Shown here: one piece after another, positions 13,301-24,640 of the stretch
Position numbering within the stretch: position 1 is the stretch's first letter
Layout of the letters: each line of letters begins with the position of its first letter
DNA from: Camelus ferus
Lineage: Eukaryota
Assembly (NCBI RefSeq): GCF_009834535.1
Contig: NC_045696.1
Coordinates: forward strand, 2,606,001 to 2,670,000
Direction of reading: 5' to 3'
Length of the DNA: 64,000 bases
Program-made: the position numbers and the translations under genes
Notes under the pieces: model-generated
The model's database searches: none
Told to the model about the DNA's origin: nothing
The model's input: the letters and a program-made list of their open reading frames with translations, nothing else

Positions 13301-13863
13301 TCGTCACCACTGCCTGGTGGCGTGACTCTCGCCTTGTAATTAACATCTCTTTGCAACATTATTCAGAGCTTCCTGTTAGATGTTGACGCTTAGTTCGGTG
13401 CTCAGACTCACCCCTGGGAGTCAAGGGAAGGACCTGATGTGAAGGTGTTGCTGGGTTTGCCCGGTGGGTCTGACCCCCGAGCATGCGGGGGCACCAGCCA
13501 GGCGGCTCTGCGGCCCCTTCTGGTGTCCCTCGCACAGCCCGAGGGCTTGCAGCCTGTCTGGCCCCCCCCCCCCCAGTGTTGATAGAAACCTCCCGGAGCT
13601 TTTCAGAGTCCTCTCAGTGGGCTCCTCTCTTGCCTGTGGGGTGTGGGAGTCAGGGAGGATGGACTGGCCAGCAAACCCAAAAGAGCTTGAGCTCCTCAAA
13701 CTTTGGGCTGTGGCGGTGTTTCCCAAACTGACCAGCCCGTGGAGCACCCAGGGCATCTCGGGAAACGGCAGAAGCGCACGTTAGAATTGACAGCCCAGAA
13801 GAATAATCTCGACAAAATACAGCAGAAAGGGATCAAAACTGGGTTACATGCAGTACTGTGTAT

Positions 13864-13933
13864 TTTTTGGGGGGGGGGGGGTTGGTTTTTATTTTTAAAC
13901 ATTTTTTATTGAGTCACAGTCATTTTACAATGT
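13864..13933 (-). mobile_element. Ultra-short camelid-type L1 3' terminus
   Basis: TTTAAACATTTTTTATTGAGTCACAGTCATTTTACAATGTTGTGT is the antisense L1 terminus; candidate TSD TGTGTAT at 13857-13863 and 13934-13940. Confidence 0.65.
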
Positions 13934-16900
13934 TGTGTATAACGTGTACTTTAGGGTGAGCGAGTGCACAGACACTCGTGCAACGCGCACACACGCACCT
14001 GCCCTGCCCCCGCCCTCGGACACCTCAGTGAGGCACAGGTGTCGGGCAGACCCTGTCGTCACTGTGGGGACTGGGTTCCCGGGGTCCCCACGGCTGGCGG
14101 GCAAAGGGCAGAAAGGCCCGGGCGGCTCAGTCCATCTGCCAAGGGGAGTGGGAGGGAGGCTCCCAGCTGCCAGAGGACGGCCCAAGAGCCGGGTGGCCCT
14201 GCGGGGGCCCTCGGAGCCACCGCAGCTGGCGTGCCGGGGTGAAGACCACGCTCCAACCACACACCGGGTGGGTCTGCTGGGTCTGCTGGGGTGAGCAGGT
14301 CCCCACAGGTGGTGTGAGCGGGGGATGCGATGACATCAAGGGGCATTCAGTTCCACGACCCGCAGGAACAGCAAGGGCGAGCCACGCTCCCCAGCTCCGG
14401 GGCCAGTGCAAGCCAGGCCGGCATGGGAGCGGCCCCAGGAGGCGGAGGCTGCCGGGTACAGGCCCTTCTGACGGAGTGGGAGGGTCGGGTGTGGTCAGGC
14501 CCCCAAATCCACCGCGCAGGTGATTCAGCTCATCAGCTGGTCTGCGTCCAAACCAGAACCAGGTGAGGGACCTCCCCAAACAGCACCTGCTGGGAAGGTC
14601 TTCCTTCCAATTCCGAACCCGCCTCCCCGTGAGTGGGGCATGCGGCTGGGTCAGCCGAGAACTGGAGGTTTGTCCTGAAGCTGCAGCTTCCTGGGGCCCC
14701 TGCGGGGAAGGGCCCGTCCTGGGACCAGGCCCCAGTGTGTGTGGTTACGCAGCGCCATCACCACGCTGGCTGCCTGACGGGGCCTGTGTGCACGTCACCA
14801 GGCGTCGCCCTCCCACGGAGGGGGCTAGGGGGCCCGCACAGACCCCGGCCCGCGGCATGTTGGCTCCGCAGGGGCTGTCTCAGCTGAGGACCGCCTGTGT
14901 TACGGAAAGAAATGTGCCCGGAGCAGCTCCGGTGCATTCCATGGTCCTTACTTGGTTTTTATTTCCCCCACAGCAAGGCCACACGCACTTCCTAATGAGT
15001 CTTCTCGGGGAGGAAAAGGCAGGCGAACTTCACCTGGTACATGGATTTTCTGGTCCTGCAGCCTCCCAGCGTCAGCAGTGGTCTCTGACGCCCCAAGTCG
15101 GAAAACAACCCCAGCAGCCGAGAACCAGAGGCCGAGCGACAGGCTCTCCCCGGGGAGCAGCTCCTCCGCCCACCCCCTCTGCCCCGGGGACCGCGGACAT
15201 CAGTGCGCCCCGCGCGGCTTCCCGTCTCACCCCCCGCTTGGCAGGGGGAGCGGAACCTTCATCGCCTCTCCCCACTCCTGCTGCTTGCAGGTTGTCAGGC
15301 TGAAAAAAGCCGCATTGCTCAGCCCCCACCAGGTGGGCGCTGCCGCCGGCTTTGACGTCTCTGCCTGCTGGTTTGCTTCAGATGACAAGTCCACGCAGCG
15401 AGGCTCCTGCGCCCCGGCCCCGGGCACACGCCCACACGTGGCCAGGCATGTGCACACGCGGGCAGTCACGTACGAGAGGAGGCCACCGCCCTCGTGGGAA
15501 GGTGGCCAGCCTGGGAGACGCAGGGCAGCATCCCTGGGGGCCTCCGGAATGTGCCGGCCGCAGGGCAACGTCAGATGACCAGGACCGGCTTCCTGAGCGA
15601 CGCGTGCTGCCCGCCCTGCTGTCCTCAGGGTTTCTCATGTTGACACGGGTCTGCAGGAGCACACGCAGGGTGTCTGGATACACGAGGAGGCTTGGGCGGC
15701 TGGGCGGGGAGGGGACCGGCGCCGGGTGCCTCCGCAGGGGCCGGTGCATCCTCCGTGTTTGCCCTCAGGAAACCTACCTGAGTTGAGCCTGAGTTGAGCT
15801 CTCTCAGCCTTTTCCTTCCCTCCCAGCCACAAACTCAATGGGCACTTAGGGCCTCAGTTTCTGCACCTGCAGGATGGGCTGGTTCCCCCTCCCTGCCAAG
15901 AGGCCCTGAACGGAGGCAAGGAAATCAGGCAAAGTGCCAGGCAGGCAATGGGCTGTCAATAAAGTCCCCTCTCAGGGGGTTATGTGCAAATCTATTCCTC
16001 GTCCTCCCACCAAACACTTCCTCCTGCAACCGACAGCTGCCTACTGGAGTGGGGGCAGTGACGGGGAGGAGAGGCAATCCCCCCAGGCTATGAAATCTCA
16101 CCCCAGGACACTGCCTGTCCACTCACACCTCAGGTGGACCTGAGATGACCTGGGAGGCTGGGGTGGCACTTCGAGAGGTTCAAAGGGCAGGGCCAACCCC
16201 CTGAGATCCACAAGTGACCGCAGGCCCTGCATAAACAGGCTGGGAGGCCAAGGCAGATGGAACCAGGGAAGGAAAGAGGACCATCAGGCCAGGAGGGCAC
16301 CAGCCACCCGAAGGGCCCAGCTATGTGTGCCCAGGCTTTGACTGGAGCCCCAGAGCCATTTGGGACCTCAGGTGACACCTTAGCGCTGAACTAGGGTGGG
16401 GACACAGTGAGACGCGGCCAGCAAGCCCCTGCTGCTGCACCTGGCTACAAATGCCTGCTTCCAAATGTCTCTCATGCAAAAGAACCATAACCTTCCATCT
16501 CGTGTGTTTCAAGTATGTTTTTTCTAGGCTGTCGTCTCTGTGCCAGTTTGGTCTGAACATCTCGTGCCAGGTGCCGTGGCCCCGTGTGCGGGGGGGCTTC
16601 GCTGCTCAGAGATGCTTCTCTCTCCAGATGAGTCACCATCACCCCACTTGCCCAGAGGTGAGTGTGCCACAGACCCCAGAGCTCCGGAAGCTCACTTTCA
16701 ATGCGAAACTGTCATCCACCTGAACTTGGGCCAAAAGTAAGTGTATTTCAAGAGTTTAAATAAAACCCCTTGCAGTGCGGTAGGACTGCTGCAAAGAAGC
16801 ACTTTGTAAAATACTAACACACAGCCTCAGGGCCCCCCCCGGGGGAGTCGGGGGAGGATGAAGGAAAGGACCCCCCTGCACCCTGATGGGGGTGACCTTC

Positions 16901-18347
16901 AGGGTGGACAAGGTGGCCGCCCAGGCGTCTGCCAGTGGGTTGCGGCTGCGGCCGACGGGCTGCCTGGGGCTGAGCCTGGAAGGGAGCCTGCTGTCCCCAT
17001 GAGAAGCCCCAGCTCCGCACGACGGGCAGCCTGAGCTTATAGCGGCAGAACGTGGGGACTGTGGGGACCTGGGGGAGCTCCCCGTGCCCCCCCTCGCCTG
17101 AGCAGATGTGACACACGCCCCCCCCCACAGCCGCCTGCTCCGTGGACACAGGAGGTCCCGGTAAAGCTGATGACACGCAGGACCCCCGTCTAAAGGTCGG
17201 GCAGCCCTCCTGCTGGGAGCGCTCGGCGCCTGCCTCCCGCACGAGTCTCAGGTCGGAACGAAGCGTCAGCGCAGCCCGGGGAAGACGCTGCCCCCTCGAC
17301 AGGCACGTCCGGGGGCCGCGCCCCGCGTCTGCGCTGCCAGCGTGTGGGCTGTGGCACCTTACATCTGGGCGTGTGCATGTCATGCCAGCGTCCACGCACG
17401 GGAGTGCGAGCATGTGTGTCAATGTGTGCGTGCGTGTGAGTGCGTGAGCGGGTTGGCCGTCCTTCTCCCCAGAGACAGAGCCATCCCAGAGCCCGCCTGG
17501 CCCTCTGGTCTGAGCCGTGCGCAGTGCGGGCGGCCGACTAGCTCGGCTCCCCTCTGGTCACAGCCCCTGATGTCCCCAACCCATCCCCAGAGCTGGTCCT
17601 GGAGCAAAGCCTCTCCCATCCAGTCCTGACAGCAAGCATTTCTCGTGCTTTTCCGAAAGGAATTGCCGGCTTTCTCAAAATGCCCCCTGGGAGAACTTCC
17701 ACCCCCTGAGCGGCCAGCTGAGCCCAGGTCCCTGAGGAGTTCATGGGGAGGGGGCCTTTGGCCCCTGCGCTCCTGCCTCTGCCGGTCTCCACGCAGCCCC
17801 TCCTCCACTGCCCCTGAGCACCTCGCACCATCTCCACCGGGGGGAGAAGGGCCGGGGAGCAGGCAACACTGGCAGCGGGGCCCACTCCTCTTGGGCGCCC
17901 CTGGAGCCCTCGGACCCCTCCCCTCGACACAGGGTCCAGAGCCGGCCTGAGAGCTGTCTGCCATCTGGGAAACGTGGGACAGCGGCTGTTCACGGAAGGC
18001 TGCCCCCGCTCACACCTCCTCTGGGACCCTGAGCCCAGGCCCAGAGGGCCAGTCATCCTTCCCCCCACCCCGACCCCAAGGCATCTGGGGGTCTCTGCCT
18101 CCTGGAAGTGGTGGCCCAGAGACAGACGACCAGTCAGATGAAGTGTGAGAGCCCCACCCCCAGAGAAGGCAGCAGGGTCGGGCTGGAGCCCTGAGGGACC
18201 CTGAGCCGGTGTCCGAAGTGAGGACAGTCTTGCAGAAGACACACCGCGAACCCTGAGCCTGTCACCTCCAGGTCATGCCCAACAGACGGCTGCGCCCAGG
18301 GTAACAAACTCCCACAAGTAAGAGAGAGCCTAGCAGCCCAATCTGTT

Positions 18348-18835
18348 TCTTCTTTTTTTTAATGGATGTGTAGCTGATATCCAGTGTTACAGGGGTCTCA
18401 GGTCTACACCACAGTGACTCACAACTTTCAAAGGCTGTTTACAGTTACCGTGACACACTGGCCGTCCGCCCTGGGAGGCGCAGCGCGTCCTGCAGCTCGT
18501 TCCTTTCACACAGAGGCTCGTGCCTCTCAAAGCCCTGCCTCCCTTCCCTGCCACCCTGGGAGCCGCGGGTTTGTCCCCTAGTGTCTGTGGGGCTGTTTCT
18601 GTTTTGTTATACTCACTGGTTAGTTTTAGTTTTTAGGTTCCGTGTAAGTGATGACATGTGGTATTTGGTTTTCTCTGTCTGACTTATTTCACTACAGTTC
18701 ACACCGCCCAGTCCATCCCATGCTGTTACAAATGGTAGTGTGTCGTTCTTTTTTATGGCTGAGTAGTGTTCCATTGTGTGTGTGTGTGTATCTCACATCT
18801 TTATCCATTCATCTGTTGATGGACACTTAGGCTTG
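18348..18835 (-). mobile_element. L1 3' end (artiodactyl-type), nested in an older L1
   Basis: T-tract, then CTGTTTCTGTTTTGTTATACTCAC...CTGACTTATTTCAC...TTTATGGCTGAGTAGTGTTCCATTGTG...GATGGACACTTAGG. Confidence 0.9.
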
Positions 18836-19545
18836 ACAACCCAATTTTAAATAAATGAGTGGAAGACTTGAAAAAGCACTTTTTAGAAAGGTTACCCAAA
18901 TGACCAATAAATCAGAAAAAGGACCCAGCACCGTCACCCATCAGGGACACGCCAGTTAAGACATGAGTGAGATGACACCATACCGCCGTCCCCACCAGAA
19001 CGGCTGAAACTTACCAGCTGCGGGGACGGAGCTCCCTCTCATTGCTGGTGAGTAAAACGTACAGTTCCTTCAGGAAGTTGTCTGCCAGCGTCTACTGAGC
19101 CTGAATGTGCAAACCCCCGACGACCCAGGACCCAACAGAAGTGAGCGGCTCTGTTTACCGCGCCATCGTCCACGATCATCAACACGGCAGCCAGCCGCTC
19201 TGTCCATAGTGGGATGGACAGACTGCACATCACACAGCAGGACGCCGCACAGCTGCGAGACGGGCAGGTTGGTGTCCACGGAGCGCGGCTCAGGCCCTCA
19301 CAATAGGATGTTAAGCCACGAGTCGAGACCCCAAAGCGCCCCCTGCAGGGCTCTACGGACATATTCAGCCGGTATTCATGATTGCGGAAAGAATGTGTGC
19401 GGTCGGGATCAGAGCAGTAATTACCTCCGGGGGCTGGTGTGGGCTGGAAGGTGCCCAGGGAGCCAGCTGGTCACTGGAAATATTTTACACCTTGATCTGG
19501 GGGCTGGTTGCACAGATGCGGCAGGTTGTGTCCTACAAAGATGGT
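18836..19545 (+). mobile_element. Ancient L1 (L1ME-like) ORF2 end/3' UTR remnant
   Basis: ACAACCCAATTTT...AAGACTTGAA...CCAAATGACCAATAAA...CATCAGGGA...CCCACCAGAACGGCT...CATTGCTGGTG...GGAAATATTTTACACCTTGATCTGGGG; appears to continue from ~18300-18345. Confidence 0.75.
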
Positions 19546-19552
19546 CGCATCA

Positions 19553-19711
19553 GGGAAGGGAGGGTAGAGCTCAGTGGTAGAGCACGAGCTTAGCATGCAT
19601 GAGGTCCTGGGGTCAATCCCTTGCACCTCCATTAAAATAAATAAATAAATGAATAAGTAAGTAAATAAATAAATATCTAATTACCCCACCACCACCAAAA
19701 AGAGAAAAAAA
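19553..19711 (+). mobile_element. tRNA-derived SINE, camelid Vic-1-like
   Basis: G-rich leader, A-box-like AGAGCTCAGTGG, B-box-like GGGTCAATCC, (TAAA)n tract, CTAATTACC-C-rich-A tail; degenerate TSD AAAGATGGTCGCA / AAAGAAGG-CGCA. Confidence 0.85.
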
Positions 19712-19729
19712 GAAGGCGCAGGTGATATC

Positions 19730-20418
19730 TATGTGCCCTCAGGGTAGGAACGGGTTTCCTGCATGAGACACAAAAACCTTAACAATGGATAAGATAAAAT
19801 GGACAAATTTGACTATATTAAAATTAAGTACTTTTACTCAACAAAATGCGCCTGCGTGGAAGTGCAAAGAGGGGCAGCAAGCTGGGAGCTAATCCCCACT
19901 GCACGCAAAGCCAACCGAAGACAAGTGTCAGGACTGACAAAGCCCTAGGGTCGGTCAGCAACGGCACGGGAAACCGGGCGGCGGAACGGCGCGGGCACGC
20001 CCAGGAGAGCGGCGGGCCACTGCCAGAGGGGGAGGCCTGCGCTCACTGCGGTCAGGAGGAGACGAAACTGCGCACACTTGACTGGCCCAAAACATTTTTG
20101 ATAATTCCAAGTGTTGGAGAGGATGTGGATCCCCAGGCCTCTTACACGTTGCCGGCTGGCGGTGTGTAAAGCGATGCAACCATTTTGCAAAACAGGCGTT
20201 TTCTTGTCAAGTTAAAGTTCTGCGTCCCCGTGACCCAAATTTCATTCTTAGCTCCCCTCCCAAGAGGGTCCTCAGTGGGTGTGTCCAGGGGGCCTGTTCG
20301 TAAGAGCGAACGCTGGAGCAGCTGGACAAGAGAGAATGGATCATCTGTGATGTGACCACACGATGAGAAGCTCTGCCGCGGCGACACTGAATACCTGCAG
20401 TTGCCCCCAGAACACAAA
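19730..20418 (+). mobile_element. Ancient L1 (L1ME-like) remnant, left of the LTR insertion
   Basis: GGACAAATTTGACTATATTAAAATTAAG, CCAAGTGTTGGAGAGGATGTGGA, CAACCATTTTGCAAAACAG; resumes after 20918 (ATAATGTTGAATAGGAAAAATCAAG). Confidence 0.75.
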
Positions 20419-20914
20419 TGGGCACAGGGACCGCCTCAGCCACACCCGCACACAGGACGGCGCGGCCGCCGGGTCGCCCGCCGCTACCGCCACCCCGACA
20501 GCGAGTGCAGGGACTCGGGATGCAGACAGGCGGGCAGCCCCACCCTGCTGCCACCCCCAGCGGTGCCCCGAGGGGACTCAGGGTGTGGACGCACAGGACA
20601 CAGGCCCTGGACAGCTAGGTGCACATCAAAGGAGTGATTTCTACGAGCCCAGACTTTGCACCTTCCCACACAGGAAAGTGCTAAATCCCTTCACTTGAGA
20701 GGTCTGGTTTTCTTCAGTTAACAGTCATCTTTTGATGTTCCAGCCACCTGGTCTTTGCTGCAAAAACTCCTATATCCTGGCTTCTAACTCGTCCCTTTGG
20801 AGCCGTCCCTCAGAGCGATCTGAGAGGCTGCTTCCCGGGCTTAAGTCCTCAGAAAGTCCACTGAATAAAACAGAACACTCAGCTTTTAGGTTATGCCTTT
20901 CATTTCAGTCGACA
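20419..20914 (+). mobile_element. ERV1-like solo LTR (second family)
   Basis: TG...CA ends (TGGGCACAGG / TTTCAGTCGACA); 4-bp TSD CAAA (20415-20418, 20915-20918); AATAAA at 20864-20869; interrupts an L1. Confidence 0.85.
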
Positions 20915-21244
20915 CAAACAAACCTGGGGAATATAATGTTGAATAGGAAAAATCAAGGCTGAGAAACTACAAATAAAATGGACGCCAAGCGCAGTCACGT
21001 TCACCTGTGCTGGAGGAGGAGGGGCTTGAGGTGGGAAACGCGGAGGCAGATGGAAGTTACTGGCCAAGTCCCGGTTCTGGGGCTGCTGGGCGGGTGTGGT
21101 GGTCATTACGTGATTATCAGTATCGTAAAGTAAAAGCGCATCAAGCAGGGACCGATGTGGAGAGCGTGCTGCGAACCACAGCTCACCATCAGGCCAGCCT
21201 GTGCACCGAGGTCTGGAATCTATTAAAGTATCCATTAAAAAAGA

Positions 21245-21572
21245 GAGGGGGGAGGACCAGGAGGAGAGCACAGAGGGTTTTAGGGCAGTGGAGTTATTCT
21301 GCAGGATATCGTGATGGTGGATTCACTTCATCAGACACATGTCCAAACCCGTAGAATGCACAAAACCAAGAGCGAACCCAGCAGAAACCGTGGGCTTTGG
21401 GAGACAACGATGCATCAGGGCATCTGTGACGGATGCACCCTCCAGAGGGGATGCTGAGGCGGGGAGGCTGTGCCTGTGTCCGGGCAGGGAGCGTGTGGGA
21501 AACCTCTAAACCTTCCACTCAATTTTGCTGTGAACCTAAAACTGATCTAAAAATAATCTATTAAATTTTTTT
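21245..21572 (+). mobile_element. L1MC1-like 3' end
   Basis: GAGCACAGAGGGTTTTAGGGCAGTG...TGTCCAAACCCGTAGAATG...CTCAATTTTGCTGTGAACCTAAAACTG. Confidence 0.85.
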
Positions 21573-24171
21573 AAGAGAGAGGGCTGGGGAGAGAATTGAG
21601 GAGGAAGGAGAATTGCTGCTAAACATTTTATGTTGTTTTTTGCTTGACCATCACCTGAATCTCCTAAGTCACAAGTGCTGTCTGTGTCAGAGGACCCAGC
21701 TACATCAGGAAGCCCACCCACTCCAGGGAAGGGCACCTGCAGGACATGCCCAGCTTGTCATCAGCACCAGGTGAGGGAGAATGTGGACCTGAGTGCCCCG
21801 AAGAACCAGCCCTGAGCATGCCCTGTATCACACTGGTCCTCATGGCACCCGCAGAGCAGTCACTGTTCCATGCCTCAGCTAAGCAGGAGAGCTGCCCCTG
21901 TGCCTGCCGTCACATCAGGAGAGACCCTTCGAGCTAGGCCACTTCACTCTGCATGAGCTTAGGTCCTGGAGGGACAACTAGAACCTTGGTTCAATTCCCA
22001 GAACTGCTGCCCTCCAACTTCGCCATCAGGGCTTCCTTGAGGGTAGGCGGGGTGGTAGTGCAGGAGAGAAGGCCTCTCTCTACCCACGTCCCCTCTGGCT
22101 GTATGGGCCACTGTCGCTGGGATGTGAGGCCTTGTCAGAACTCCCCGGGCAGGGTTGGCGGTGGCTGAAAGATTCAGCTCAGGCTGTAGGCCGCAGGCAA
22201 CTGGGGACACCAAGGCAGCCCAGTGCCCAGAGCTGCCTGCTGCATCCAGCAGGAATTTGGGCTTCGGCGAGGAGTGTAAGGAAGGCCTTAGCTGCCCCCA
22301 CAAGGAGTGAGGGCTGAAACACTCCTGAGCTTGAAATGCGGTTTTCCCCAGAAAGTGGTCCCTGCACAGCTTTGTTTACCAGCCCCTCACACCCAGGTTT
22401 TAGAAGGGCCACCTGCCCAGTTACTGCCACCTGGCCCAGTCGTGTCTGGGGGTGGCGGATGACAGGGGTGGGGTGGGAAACGCTCTGACGTGTGACCTGA
22501 GGTGTAGATGGGCGGGAGGGGGTGCAGGTGCAAGGCTGCAGGCCCTGTGCCTCCCCTGCAACCCCCTCCTCACAGGCCTGGGACCCCAAGACCCACAGCT
22601 CCAAGAGATGCTGAGGAGGGCGGGGTCCCCACACTTACTCCTAACAGCAGGGCCTCGGAGCCACTCAAACAAGTCTGATCAAGGCCCCGACGGGGGCTCC
22701 AGTACCACATTCACACACTCCCCAGGCTCATCCCTCACCCCTCTTCCTTCCATCGATGGCTAACACCAGCGCTCCCCCAGGAGGACTGGAGATGAAGTGG
22801 TGAAGTCGTGGAGGCTGCCGGGTCCCTGGTCCCTGTCGCAGGTGGACTTGCCACTCCCGGCAGAGGCCGAGGCGGTCTCAGTAGCCCTGGCGAATGCTGG
22901 CTGGCTGGATGCTGCCCAGGGCTCTGCACGTCCCACCCCCAACACTCACACAGCCCCCGGGGTAGGGGATGGCGGGAAGGTCAGTCTCAGGTGTCCTCGG
23001 CCAGTGGGACAAGCGTCATTGGCACCAGCAAAACACCAGCCCGTGCCCCGCCTGCACCCTCGCCCAGCCCCTCCCCACCCCCGCCCCACCCGGCCTGGAA
23101 CTTCCCAGGCTGGGAGCCAGGGCCGGCCTTTCAGCACCTTGGCCACCTTCCTGTCGTGTGGCCGTGGCGTGTGCCTCCTAAAATGTTCTGATGACGTGGG
23201 AACGGCAGTGCGATACGGACCTGAGCTGCTCCCTGGAGAGGGGCTGCTGTCACCACCCCCGTCCTCGTCACGCCCTCCTGCTCCCACAGGAGAGGCCCGA
23301 AAGCGCCAGAACACAAGGCGGAAGGGGAGCTGGTGTCCAGCTCCAGAAGGACGGATGGGGAGAGCATTAACCCAGAAAATTCCATCATGGGGGAGGCAGG
23401 CAGACGGGAGCCAAATGGTTCCCTGGTTTGCACCCAGCTGGTTGGATCCGCCCGCCTCCCTGCCTTTCTCGCCTTCGCGGATGGAAGGGAGGTCCCCCAG
23501 TCTTGTTCCTGCGGGGAAGGCAGTGCTGAGGGAGGAACCGGCCTCCAGAGGGTCTTTATTGCACAGGCGAGTCCACAGTCGGGTGGCACATTCTTTGGGA
23601 AACAGAGTCTCTCAGAGAGTCTGTCGCCCAGAATCGAGACATGAGAGTCTTTGTGGGTGACTGTCGCGGCTCCAGCCTGGCGACTGTCCCGCCGTGAGGC
23701 CCATGTGACTCCTGGAAACTGCGGCGGGAGCAGAACCCGCCGGTGAAGAGACAGCGGTCCTCCAGACCAAGGCGGGCTAGGGGGTCCCAGCTCCACCCCC
23801 ACCGCGGGGGGTGGCAGGAGGGCTCCTCCCCAGGGAAGACCGCACGTCCCTAACCTCCTAGACTCAGGCCAACACCCGGTGCCCACCTCCAGCCGCCCGA
23901 GGTTACTGAAGATCTTCCCAGGGGAGCCCGGAAGCCTCTCGCTTCGGGCTGAGCACAGGTCGGAGGAAACCGGCCGCGGTCGGGGAGGGGGTCGCAGGAC
24001 CGCGGGGTCCTCCCGAGACATGGTTTCTAGGAACACGACTCGGCCTCTACAGAAGCATCGCTGGCTTCAGAGCAAGGGCGCTGGCCCGCCGGTGCCCGGG
24101 GCTCCAGTCTCCGGCCAAGCCGTTTCTGGAGCCTGGGCCAACGCCCGGTGTGCAGAGGCCAATGTGCCCAT

Positions 24172-24640
24172 TTCTGTTTCATTCATCTATTGCTCAGTGA
24201 CGAAGGCCCCCCAAACTCGATGACTCAGAATAAAACCCAACCATTTGTTGCCCTTCATGAGGCTGATTTGGGCTCAGCTGTCCCGGGGCCGCTGGGGTTC
24301 CGGGTCCAAGACAGCCTCAGTCGTGAGGCTGCAGGCTGTGTGGCTGTGGCCACGGGCGCGGGGGCGGTCGGCTGGGGGCCCCCGGCGCTCCTCCAGGAGG
24401 CCTCGCCTCGTGGCTGCTCGGACGGCCTCCCCGTGCAGCAGCTGGGTCCACAGCGGCAGGAAGTCGGCGCTCTGGTTTCTTGAGGCCAAGGCTTGGACTT
24501 CTCAGAGCGTGGCCGCTGCTGCGGTCGCTGGGTCAAAGCCGGTCACAGGGGCTGCGGATTTCAGCGAGGGGGAATCAAGCCTGTCTCTTGATGCGGAGGG
24601 AGCGGATGCGTGCACAGATGGGAGGGCTGCAGGGGCATCC
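24172..24640 (-). mobile_element. Old MLT1 LTR remnant
   Basis: CATCTATTGCT...CCCCAAACTCGATGACT...CAACCATTTGTT...TTTGGGCTCAGCTG; degraded. Confidence 0.55.

Noticed and set aside
19558..19632. tRNA-like sequence
   Set aside because: It is the head of a SINE, with a (TAAA)n tail, degenerate TSD and altered B box, and is not a functional tRNA gene
2113..20914. Possible provirus between the two + strand LTRs
   Set aside because: The LTRs are different families, each has its own TSD pair, and no gag/pol/env sequence lies between them
23130..23150. RE1/REST-like motif TTCAGCACCTTGGCCACC
   Set aside because: The right half-site deviates from GGACAG at key positions
22797..24036. Overlapping 287-aa and 301-aa ORFs on opposite strands
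   Set aside because: Pro/Gly/Arg/Ser-rich with no family resemblance; expected by chance at this GC content
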